Below are positions 7,998-15,664 of a DNA stretch of 41,371 bases, piece by piece. The notes beneath the pieces were generated by a model. That model saw only the letters and a program-made list of their open reading frames with translations. It did no database searches and was not told the origin of the DNA. Both the position numbers and the translations under genes were made by a program. This DNA comes from a virus (lineage: Duplodnaviria; Caudoviricetes): the IMG/VR virus record IMGVR_UViG_3300031160_000003, positions 1-41,371 of that record; one strand, written 5' to 3'. Numbering within the stretch: position 1 is the first letter of the stretch; each line of letters opens with the position of its first letter.

Positions 7998-9436
7998 GCA
8001 AGCTCGGCCCGTACGAGGTGCACCCGTTCGCCGATGCCTTCCCGCTGATGGACGGTGAGGAGTTCGCCGCCTTGGTGGCGGACATCAACAAGAACGGGCT
8101 GCGTGAGCCGATCCTGCTCAACCACGACCGGACGGTCCTCATTGACGGGCGGAACCGGTACCGGGCGTGCGACGCGGCGATGGTGGACCCGGTGTTCGAC
8201 ATCCTGCCGGAGCGGTACACCGAGCCGATGATCCTCGACCTGATCGTGTCGAAGAACCTCGCACGGCGGCATCTGAACCCTGGCCAGCGGGCGTTCCTGG
8301 CGTTGAAGTACGAGGAGCGGATCGCAGCCGTGAACCGGCGTGGACCAGATAGACCTAAATCGAACGAGATTCCCGCAGATCTGCGGGAATCTCGTCACGA
8401 GCGGGAGTCGGCATCGCGCGCTGCCAGGGTTGTCGGAGCATCCGGTCGCGCCGTCCAGCAGGCCAAGGCCGTCCAGCGCGACGCGCCGGACCTTGCCGAA
8501 AAGGTTCGGCGTGGCGAAATGGCACTCGACGCCGCGGACCGGCAGCGCAAGGAACGCCTCAAGCAGCAGCCGCCACCCGACCCGGCCCCGAAGCCGACGC
8601 GCGCCACGCTGACACTGCTCACCCATGATGGTCGCAAGGTCGAGTATCCAAAGCCCGCCGGAAAGGCCACGTTCAACGAGACCAGCGGCCCTGGTATCTC
8701 CTGGGCGGCCTGGTCGTGGAACCCTGTCACCGGCTGCCTGCACGGGTGCGACTACTGCTACGCGCGCGCTATCGCCGCCAGCGAACGTGCCGCCGCCGCC
8801 TATCCGGCCGGGTTCACACCGCTGTTTCACGATGAACGCCTCGACGCCCCAGCCAACACGGTCATCCCTGAGCAGTACAGGGATGACAGCCACAAGTCAT
8901 GCGGTCGCGGCGACTGCAAGATCTGCGAGTACCGGCGGGTGTTCGTGTGCTCCATGGCCGACCTCTACGGCCGGTGGGTGCCGGACGAGTGGATCCAGAA
9001 GGTCCACGAGGCGATGCTCGCGAGCCCGCAGTGGCAGTACATCCTGCTGACCAAGTTCCCAGCCCGGTACGTCGGTCTCGAGCTGCCGCCGAACGCGTGG
9101 GTCGGAACCAGCGTCGACGAGCAGAAGCGGGTACGCATCGCCCAGGACGCTATGGCCAAGCTCGACGGCAACGTGGTCAAGTGGCTGTCGCTCGAGCCCC
9201 TGCGCGAGCCGCTGGAGTTCGACGACCTGTCGATGTTCGACTGGGTTGTCATCGGCGCCCAGACCGAGACACGGCAGCCCGACGGCATTGTGCCCGCGTT
9301 CGCGCCGCCGTTCGAGTGGGTCGCGCGGCTCGTCGCGCAGGCCCGCGCGGCCGGTTGCCGGGTGCACCTCAAGCCCAACCTGGTCAACGGCCGACCGGGG
9401 ATGCAGCTGCCCGACGAGTACCCGGGAGACAACTGA
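7994..9436 (+). CDS. ParB-like N-terminal domain fused to DUF5131 (Gp37/Gp68 radical-SAM-like) domain
   Basis: HPFADAFPLM..GLREPI..LIDGRNRYRAC..NLARRHL (ParB-like); WSWNPVTGCLHGCDYCYA, RVFVCSMADL, LLTK, WLSLEPL, DWVVIGAQT (DUF5131). Confidence 0.88.
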   Translation: MSKLGPYEVHPFADAFPLMDGEEFAALVADINKNGLREPILLNHDRTVLIDGRNRYRACDAAMVDPVFDILPERYTEPMILDLIVSKNLARRHLNPGQRAFLALKYEERIAAVNRRGPDRPKSNEIPADLRESRHERESASRAARVVGASGRAVQQAKAVQRDAPDLAEKVRRGEMALDAADRQRKERLKQQPPPDPAPKPTRATLTLLTHDGRKVEYPKPAGKATFNETSGPGISWAAWSWNPVTGCLHGCDYCYARAIAASERAAAAYPAGFTPLFHDERLDAPANTVIPEQYRDDSHKSCGRGDCKICEYRRVFVCSMADLYGRWVPDEWIQKVHEAMLASPQWQYILLTKFPARYVGLELPPNAWVGTSVDEQKRVRIAQDAMAKLDGNVVKWLSLEPLREPLEFDDLSMFDWVVIGAQTETRQPDGIVPAFAPPFEWVARLVAQARAAGCRVHLKPNLVNGRPGMQLPDEYPGDN

Positions 9437-9438
9437 AT

Positions 9439-10215
9439 ATGCCGATCAGGTTCCAAGTCGACCCGGACTTCTACGACCACCCAAAGACCATCGGGATGAG
9501 CGACAGCGCAACCGCACTCTGGGTGCGGGCCGGCTCGTACTCCGCGGCGAAGCTAACAGACGGCTTCATCGCCGAGCACGTGGTCCGCCTGCTCTCCACG
9601 GTGCCGGAAGAAGCTGCGAGCGAACTGGTGGGACGCGGGCTGTGGAGGCGAGTCAAGGGCGGCTTCCAGTTCCACCAATGGGGCGTTCGGAACCTGACAC
9701 GGGCCCGCGTCGAGTCGGACCGCGAGTACGAGCGGGAGAAGAAGCGACGCCAGCGCCGTGAGGCAAACAACCAGGTCAAGACACATTCTGTCCCGGACAT
9801 GTCCCCCCGGGACTCCCCCGGGAATCCCCCGGGAGTCCCGGCGGTGTCTATGTCTGTGTCTGTGTCTGAGTCTGTGTCTGGGTCTGGACGCGGCGGCGCG
9901 ACGCCGCCGCACCCGCCCCCCCAACGATGCCCACAACACGTCGACGACCCCAACCCGCCACCGTGCGGCGCCTGCGCCGACGCCCGCAAGGCACACGACC
10001 GCTGGCAGGCCGACCAGCAGCGCGCCGACCAGGCCCGCCGCTCAGCCGAAGCCCGGGCACGCGCCCAGGCCACCGCGCAGGCCATCGCCGCCTGCCAGCT
10101 CTGCGACACCCACGGACGGCTCCCCTCCGGCGTCGTCTGCACCCACGACCCGACCCGCGTCGGCTCCAACGGCGCAGCCAAAGCACGGGCCGCCATCCGA
10201 AAGGGCACCCCATGA
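9439..10215 (+). CDS. Replication initiator-like protein (RepA/O-like)
   Basis: FQVDPDFYDHPK..ALWVRAGSYSA..TDGFI..LVGRGLW..FHQW..N; C-terminal CxxH and CGAC motifs. Confidence 0.75.
   Translation: MPIRFQVDPDFYDHPKTIGMSDSATALWVRAGSYSAAKLTDGFIAEHVVRLLSTVPEEAASELVGRGLWRRVKGGFQFHQWGVRNLTRARVESDREYEREKKRRQRREANNQVKTHSVPDMSPRDSPGNPPGVPAVSMSVSVSESVSGSGRGGATPPHPPPQRCPQHVDDPNPPPCGACADARKAHDRWQADQQRADQARRSAEARARAQATAQAIAACQLCDTHGRLPSGVVCTHDPTRVGSNGAAKARAAIRKGTP
9790..9886. repeat. Iteron-like repeats inside replication initiator gene
   Basis: TCCCCC(C)GGGA x3 flanked by TCCCGG, then about 7 (T/A/G)GTCT(G/A) hexamers. Confidence 0.6.
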
Positions 10216-10571
10216 CCGACCCGCGCACCGAACTCCGCAACCTCATCGCCGCAGCCATGCGCCCCCACGTGCCACCGCCGGCGGTCGGCCACGCAGCCGA
10301 CGCCGTCATCGACCTGTTCCACGCCGTGCGCCGCGAGGACTGGCAGCTCGGCACCATCACCGTCGCCAACGCCGGACTGGTCGCCTGGACCAGGCCCACA
10401 GACCAGCTCCGAGAGCGGGTGGCGTCCGCGGCCGGCGTCAAGGACGGCGACTCCGACCGGCTCGCCGGAACAGGCCCGGAAACGGCCCCCAGCGCCACGC
10501 ACAGCGGCGAACAGACGCCGCCGGTACCCCAGACACCCCCAGCCCTACACAGGCCCAAGGAGACGCCGTGA
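10212..10571 (+). CDS. Hypothetical protein
   Basis: ATGA coupling; MTDPRTELRNLIAAAM. Confidence 0.6.
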   Translation: MTDPRTELRNLIAAAMRPHVPPPAVGHAADAVIDLFHAVRREDWQLGTITVANAGLVAWTRPTDQLRERVASAAGVKDGDSDRLAGTGPETAPSATHSGEQTPPVPQTPPALHRPKETP

Positions 10572-10750
10572 CCCACACCATGCACAACCCGCAGGCCGGG
10601 CCGCCGACCGTGCTCAAGTTCCGGTCCAAGTCCGGCCGCACCGAGGTCGCACGCCGCGGTGACGGCACGATCAGCATCCGGGTCCTCACCGGCCAGGACC
10701 GGCTGGACCTCGACGACGCCCACAAGCTCGCCGCCGCACTCGCCGAATGA
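10568..10750 (+). CDS. Hypothetical protein
   Basis: RBS AAGGAG; GTGA coupling. Confidence 0.6.
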   Translation: MTHTMHNPQAGPPTVLKFRSKSGRTEVARRGDGTISIRVLTGQDRLDLDDAHKLAAALAE

Positions 10751-11031
10751 GCCCAGCCGTGAACCTGCTACGCACGATCCCATTCCGCTGCTGCATCCTC
10801 GGCCAATGCGGCAACCCCGCCGTCAACCTGAACACGCTCGCCAGACGCTGGCACACCACCCACCTCGCCAGCCCACTCCGCTGCCGGCGGCTCTGGCTCC
10901 AACCCGGCGACTGGACCGCCCAAACCTGGGCCGCCTGCGCCCTCGCACCGGGCCACGGCGGCCCCTGCAAACACATCGACCCGCTGGGCCGGCTCGCCCC
11001 CATCCCACCCGACCACGTGGAGGTGCCATGA
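10747..11031 (+). CDS. Cys/His-containing hypothetical protein
   Basis: Coupled; CALAPGHGGPC motif. Confidence 0.55.
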   Translation: MSPAVNLLRTIPFRCCILGQCGNPAVNLNTLARRWHTTHLASPLRCRRLWLQPGDWTAQTWAACALAPGHGGPCKHIDPLGRLAPIPPDHVEVP

Positions 11032-11147
11032 CGTTCCTCGCAGCCGGCATCCTCAGCGCGTGGGTGGCCATCGCCGCCGTCGCGGGTTCCACCGGCGACA
11101 TGACGCCCTTTGGCATCTTCAGCTTCCTGGCAGGCTCCTCGCTCTAA
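11028..11147 (+). CDS. Small membrane protein (39 aa)
   Basis: RBS GGAGG; two hydrophobic stretches. Confidence 0.5.
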   Translation: MTFLAAGILSAWVAIAAVAGSTGDMTPFGIFSFLAGSSL

Positions 11148-11221
11148 GTGAGCGCCGTCGCCGTCCAGGTCGCATCCATCGTCCGTCGCACCACGCGCTG
11201 TCCCGACGAGGAGGATGACCG

Positions 11222-11677
11222 GTGACCACCGCCGCCGCGCCCAGCCACGACGTGCTCGCCACAATGGCCGCCAACATCACACAACTCACCGAACCCATCT
11301 ACACCGCCGCACGGCGCCGCATCACCCAACACCCCTGCCTGCTCGACCAGCTCCGCGACGCCGCCATCCCCGGCACGGTGCCCCGCGGCCCCGAACGCCG
11401 CCGCATCCCCACCTCGAGACCCCCGCTCCGCTTGGACGCGGTCGACACACTGTCCGAGATCTGCGTCGGCATCACCGGCTGGCACGCCAAACTGGGCCTG
11501 CCCAGCCCACCCCGCCACGCCGACTGGTTCAAAGCCGTGCTGCGGATGCTCCCCGACGCCGCACAGAGCCTGGCACCGTCCATCGCCGACTGGCTCGCCG
11601 CGGACGTCGAAGCCTGGTGGCATGATGCGGCCATAGCATCCGGCTGGCGCCCCGACGACCTACGCCGGCTACGGTGA
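11222..11677 (+). CDS. Conserved-type actinophage hypothetical protein
   Basis: RBS GAGGAGG; PCLLDQLRDA..SRPPLRLDAVD..W..W pattern seen at the end of early arms. Confidence 0.7.
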   Translation: MTTAAAPSHDVLATMAANITQLTEPIYTAARRRITQHPCLLDQLRDAAIPGTVPRGPERRRIPTSRPPLRLDAVDTLSEICVGITGWHAKLGLPSPPRHADWFKAVLRMLPDAAQSLAPSIADWLAADVEAWWHDAAIASGWRPDDLRRLR

Positions 11678-11691
11678 ACGGCGTGTCCGAT

Positions 11692-11722
11692 TTGCCCAGC
11701 CCAGGACATGATCTGCTACGCT
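11692..11722 (+). promoter_or_regulatory. Possible late promoter
   Basis: Extended -10 TGC-TACGCT at 11714-11722; TTGCCC upstream with non-ideal 19-bp spacing. Confidence 0.3.
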
Positions 11723-11744
11723 CGCGCGTAAGCGCGCCCCGTCC

Positions 11745-11906
11745 CTACTGGCCGGACGACACCACCGCCGCAACCAGCGGCAACACCCAGCCGCCGCAGC
11801 AACACAACCCCACCACCGCCACCACGGCCAGCACCAGCCACGCCAAAATCCGCACCGGATCCGGCCCACGCCTCTGCGGCCCATACCCTGACACGCGGCG
11901 CATCAT
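11745..11906 (-). CDS. Small membrane protein (53 aa), not in ORF track
   Basis: Translated by hand: MMRRVSGYGPQRRGPDPVRILAWLVLAVVAVVGLCCCGGWVLPLVAAVVSSGQ. Confidence 0.55.
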   Translation of the reverse strand: MMRRVSGYGPQRRGPDPVRILAWLVLAVVAVVGLCCCGGWVLPLVAAVVSSGQ

Positions 11907-12035
11907 CGCAGGTCACCATGTAAAACCCGCGTGAACTGTCACCCACCAGACACCCAACCAGGTGCCCGCCGACATGATCAACCTGCCGAGCTTCGGCATA
12001 ACCCTCGCCCAGTACCGGAAGGAGCAGGTCGAACC

Positions 12036-12251
12036 ATGGTCAGCTCCCGCGGCGGACGATTTGGGTTCGTCTTCCGCAACCGGCACCGCGCCTACCGCGC
12101 CCTGAGACGGCAGGGCTACTCCAAGCAAACCGCAGCCCAAATCGCCAACGCCGGCCACACCCACGCACAGCGCGTCATCATGGCCCGCAAAGCCGCCGCC
12201 ACCCGCAAAGCCCGCGCCGGGAAGCTGATGCGGGCGATCCGGGGCAACTGA
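12036..12251 (+). CDS. Small basic protein (YRALRRQGYSKQTAAQIAN helix motif)
   Basis: RBS AAGGAG; resembles the YEALRxxGxSKxxAARIAN family. Confidence 0.7.
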   Translation: MVSSRGGRFGFVFRNRHRAYRALRRQGYSKQTAAQIANAGHTHAQRVIMARKAAATRKARAGKLMRAIRGN

Positions 12252-12319
12252 TGACCTGGACCATCCTCATCGCCACCCACCCCAACTTCACCTGGGCGGC
12301 ACCGTGCCTGACCTTCTGA
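12251..12319 (+). pseudogene. 22-codon remnant, possibly of a GT-A glycosyltransferase
   Basis: TGATG-coupled MTWTILIATHPNFTWAAPCLTF; WTILIAT resembles the first beta strand of GT2 enzymes. Confidence 0.35.
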
Positions 12320-12999
12320 TCATCGTCCCGTCCCGCGGCCGACCCCACGCCGTACCACGGGTCGTGGACGCATGGAACGCGACCGGCGCCTACGACCACG
12401 CCGCGCTGCTGTTCGCCATCGACGCCGACGACCCCAGCCACGGCGCCTACCTCGAGCAGGCCAGCCAACAGGCACTCATGCTGACGGTCCCCGAATGGCA
12501 GCCCATGGTCTACAAGCTCGACCAGGCCGCCACCCGCTACGCCAACGACTACTTCGCGCTGGGGTTCGCCGGCGACGACCACCTACCCCGCACCGCAGGC
12601 TGGGCCAAACGCTACCTGGACACCCTCCACGAACTGGGCACCGGCATCGTCCACGCCAACGACCTGTTCCAAGGCCCCAACCTGTGCACCGAATGGGCCA
12701 TGACCTCCGACATCGTCCGCACCCTCGGCCGCATGGTCCCCGCACCCGTCGACCACCTGTGCTCCGACTCCTCCGTCCACGACCTCGGCACAGCAGCCGG
12801 CTGCCTGCGCTACCTCGACGACGTCGTCATCGAACACATGCACCCCGCCGCCCGCAAGGCCACGTACGACGCCACCTACGAGCTGGGCAACTCCACCACC
12901 CGCAACATCCTCGACGGCGGCACCTACCGCCACTGGCGCCAAACCCAGATGCAGGCAGACGTAGCGAAGGTGAGGGCACTCCGTGGCGCGGGCACGTAA
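12304..12999 (+). CDS. Glycosyltransferase, GT-A fold (GT2-like)
   Basis: LLIIVPSRGRP, IDADD, FAGDDH (DxD-like), IEHMHP. Confidence 0.85.
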   Translation: MPDLLIIVPSRGRPHAVPRVVDAWNATGAYDHAALLFAIDADDPSHGAYLEQASQQALMLTVPEWQPMVYKLDQAATRYANDYFALGFAGDDHLPRTAGWAKRYLDTLHELGTGIVHANDLFQGPNLCTEWAMTSDIVRTLGRMVPAPVDHLCSDSSVHDLGTAAGCLRYLDDVVIEHMHPAARKATYDATYELGNSTTRNILDGGTYRHWRQTQMQADVAKVRALRGAGT

Positions 13000-13378
13000 G
13001 GAATCCCCCGACCAGTGGCGCAGCAGCCCCCGCCCCGCCGACTGGTGGAAGATCCAGCCCGCCATCCTGGAGCGTGACGGCCACCAGTGCACCTGGCTGG
13101 TCGGCTACGACGACGGGCTACTGAAAGACCCCCGGGGGGTCAGAATCACCCCCCCCGGTTCAAACACCCCCCCGGGTGTCGTACTGGACCATCCCGCCCG
13201 CTGCCTGCGCCCAGCCACCCAGGTCGACCACATCTCCCACCCCGACGCCCACGACGACCTGCGCAGCCTGTGCACCCCACACCACGCCCACCGCACCGGC
13301 AGGCAGGCAGCACAGGCCAGGTGGACCAGACAGCCAAAGCGGACTCGCGAACCAGTCAAACATCCAGGACTGAAGTAA
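12983..13378 (+). CDS. Terminase-associated HNH endonuclease
   Basis: ILERDGHQCTW..C..ATQVDH..LRSLCTPHHAHRT..HPG; immediately upstream of terS. Confidence 0.85.
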   Translation: MARARKESPDQWRSSPRPADWWKIQPAILERDGHQCTWLVGYDDGLLKDPRGVRITPPGSNTPPGVVLDHPARCLRPATQVDHISHPDAHDDLRSLCTPHHAHRTGRQAAQARWTRQPKRTREPVKHPGLK

Positions 13379-13388
13379 CTCTGCGTAA

Positions 13389-13460
13389 GGGTGGGGGGTG
13401 TCCCCTATGTCCGATTTGCTCTGGCCCGGCACGGCATAGCACCTGGCGGGCGGTACGGGT
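13389..13460. other. Probable cos/packaging initiation region
   Basis: HNH-terS intergenic GGGTGGGGGGTGTCCCCT...GTACGGGT; + strand switches from C-rich to G-rich here; exact cut site not determinable. Confidence 0.5.
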
Positions 13461-13521
13461 CATCACGCCCCATGTCCTTTTCGGTTACTCACTGTGCGTG
13501 AACGTTGGGAGGTTGGCCAGC

Positions 13522-14016
13522 ATGCCTGGTGTTCCGGGCCGTGGCGGCCCTGTGCCGAAGCGGTCGGACCAGCGGCGCCGCCGGAACGCGCCCACGCACC
13601 CGGTGACGCAGGCGCCGGCGGGTGAGGATGCGCCGCCGGAGCAGCCGCCGCCGCACGAGAAGTGGCATCCGATCGCCAAGCAGTGGTATGAGTCGCTTGC
13701 ACGGTCGGGCCAGTCGGCGTTTTACGAGGCAAGCGACTGGGCTACCGCGTTCCTGGTCGCCGAGTCCATCTCCCGGGACCTGAAGCCGCAGCCGATCGGG
13801 GTGGACCCGGAGACGGGTGAGCCGGTGATGGCGGTGATCCCGTTGAAGGGGGCGTCGCTGGCCGCCTACCTGCGGGCGATGACGGCGCTGATGGTGACGG
13901 AGGGAGACCGGCGCCGCGCCGGCCTCGAGCTGCGGCGGGCCAGCGCCGGGCAGGAGCAGCAGGAGGTGCCTGGGGTTGCCCGGCTCGACGAGTTCCGGCG
14001 GCGCTTCGCCGGCTGA
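13522..14016 (+). CDS. terS: Terminase small subunit
   Basis: GPVPKRSDQRRRRN, WHPIAKQWYESLARSGQSAFYEASDW, TEGDRRR. Confidence 0.88.
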   Translation: MPGVPGRGGPVPKRSDQRRRRNAPTHPVTQAPAGEDAPPEQPPPHEKWHPIAKQWYESLARSGQSAFYEASDWATAFLVAESISRDLKPQPIGVDPETGEPVMAVIPLKGASLAAYLRAMTALMVTEGDRRRAGLELRRASAGQEQQEVPGVARLDEFRRRFAG

Positions 14017-15661
14017 CCGGCTGGTCACCATGCCGGAGGGGATGCCGAAGCTGACCCTCGGGCAGGGTGTGGCCGAGTGGATGGCCGAGTACCTGGTGCA
14101 GCCGAATGGGCCGCGGGCTGGTCAGCCGTTTGTGGTGACGGAGTCGCAGTGGCGGTTCCTGATCTGGTGGTACGCGGTTGACGAGGATGGCCGCTGGCTG
14201 TTCCACCATGGGGTGCGGCGGCTGGCGAAGGGGTCCGGGAAGTCGCCGTTCGCGGCGGCGTTGGCGCTGGCCGAGTTGTGTGGGCCGGTGCGGCTGCTGG
14301 ACTTTGATCCGAAGCGGCCGGGTGGCTGTGTCGGCAAGCGGGTGGATATGCCGTGGGTGCAGATCGCCGCGACTGCCGAGTCGCAGACGGCGAACACGAT
14401 GCGGATGGTGCGGGCGTTCGCGCCGAAGCGGTCGAAGATTGTCCAGGTCTACGAGTTGGACCCGGGGAAGACGATCTACTACGCGGTGCCGGAGGGGAAG
14501 CTCGAGGTCATCACGTCGTCGTCGACTGCGGCCGAGGGTGCTGAGGCGTCGTTCGTGGTGGCGGATGAGACGGAGCATTGGAAGCCGTCCAATGGCGGCC
14601 CCGAGTTGGCCGCCACCCTCGAGGACAATCTGGCCAAGTCCGGCTCCCGCATGTTGGAGACCAGCAACGCATGGGTGCCCGGGCAGGAGACGGTTGCTGA
14701 GGCGTCGTGGGAGGCGTGGCTGGCCCAGGAGGAGGGGCTGACCCGCAACGAGTCGAAGATCCTGTACGACGCCCGTGTGGCCCCGCCCGGCACCGACCTT
14801 GCCGATGACGAGTCGCTGCTGGCCGGGCTGCGGCACGTGTACGACGACTGCCTGATCGAGCGGGGCGGCTGGGTGGACCTGCGGCCCATCATGACCCGCA
14901 TCCGGGACCTGCGGTCGTCGCCGGAGGATTCGCAGCGCAAGTATTTGAACCGGCCGACGAAGGCCGCAGGCGCCTGGTGCAACCCGGAGTGGTGGGCGCT
15001 GTGCGCCGACCCGGAGCGGGTGGTCGGCGACGACGACCCGATTGTGCTGTTCTTCGACGGGTCGAAGTCGGATGATGCGACGGCGCTGGTGGCCTGCGAC
15101 GTCGAGTCGGGGCATGTGTTCGTCGTCGACGTGTGGGAGAAGCCGCTGGACCCGGTGCTGGCCAGGGATTGGCAGGTGGACCGGGCCGATGTGGACCGGG
15201 TGGTGCGCCGCACCTTCGCCCTGCGGAATGTGGTGGCGTTCTTCGCCGACGTCCGCGAGTTCGAGTCGTATGTGGACGCGTGGGGTCAGGAGTTCGGCGA
15301 CCGGCTGCTGATTGACGCCACGGGCGGGAAGAACCGGCATCCGGTGGCGTGGGACATGCGGTCGCATGTGCGGGAGTTCACCGAGGCAGCCGAAAGGATG
15401 CTGGTCGACATTCAGGCACGGTCGGTGACCCACGACGGCGATTCGCGGCTGGCTCGCCACGTCGCGAACTGTCAGAAGGATGAGAACAAGTGGGGCGTGT
15501 CCGTGTCGAAGGAGTCGCGGGAGTCGCCCCGGAAGATCGACGCCGCGGTGTGTGCGATCGGGGCGCGGATGGTGCGCCGTCTGGTGTTGTCGTCGGAGGC
15601 GTGGGCCAAGCGGGCGCAGGGGCCGAAGAAGCAGCCGGGCCGTGTTGTTGCGTGGGGGTGA
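13976..15661 (+). CDS. terL: Terminase large subunit
   Basis: Walker A AKGSGKS, Walker B FVVADETE, nuclease FDGSKSDD, KIDAAV; TTG start with AGGAGG (start uncertain). Confidence 0.95.
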   Translation: MPGSTSSGGASPADRLVTMPEGMPKLTLGQGVAEWMAEYLVQPNGPRAGQPFVVTESQWRFLIWWYAVDEDGRWLFHHGVRRLAKGSGKSPFAAALALAELCGPVRLLDFDPKRPGGCVGKRVDMPWVQIAATAESQTANTMRMVRAFAPKRSKIVQVYELDPGKTIYYAVPEGKLEVITSSSTAAEGAEASFVVADETEHWKPSNGGPELAATLEDNLAKSGSRMLETSNAWVPGQETVAEASWEAWLAQEEGLTRNESKILYDARVAPPGTDLADDESLLAGLRHVYDDCLIERGGWVDLRPIMTRIRDLRSSPEDSQRKYLNRPTKAAGAWCNPEWWALCADPERVVGDDDPIVLFFDGSKSDDATALVACDVESGHVFVVDVWEKPLDPVLARDWQVDRADVDRVVRRTFALRNVVAFFADVREFESYVDAWGQEFGDRLLIDATGGKNRHPVAWDMRSHVREFTEAAERMLVDIQARSVTHDGDSRLARHVANCQKDENKWGVSVSKESRESPRKIDAAVCAIGARMVRRLVLSSEAWAKRAQGPKKQPGRVVAWG

Positions 15662-15664
15662 GTG

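Noticed and set aside
7994-8600. ParABS plasmid-prophage partition system
   Set aside because: No ParA ATPase; the ParB-like domain is fused to an enzyme domain
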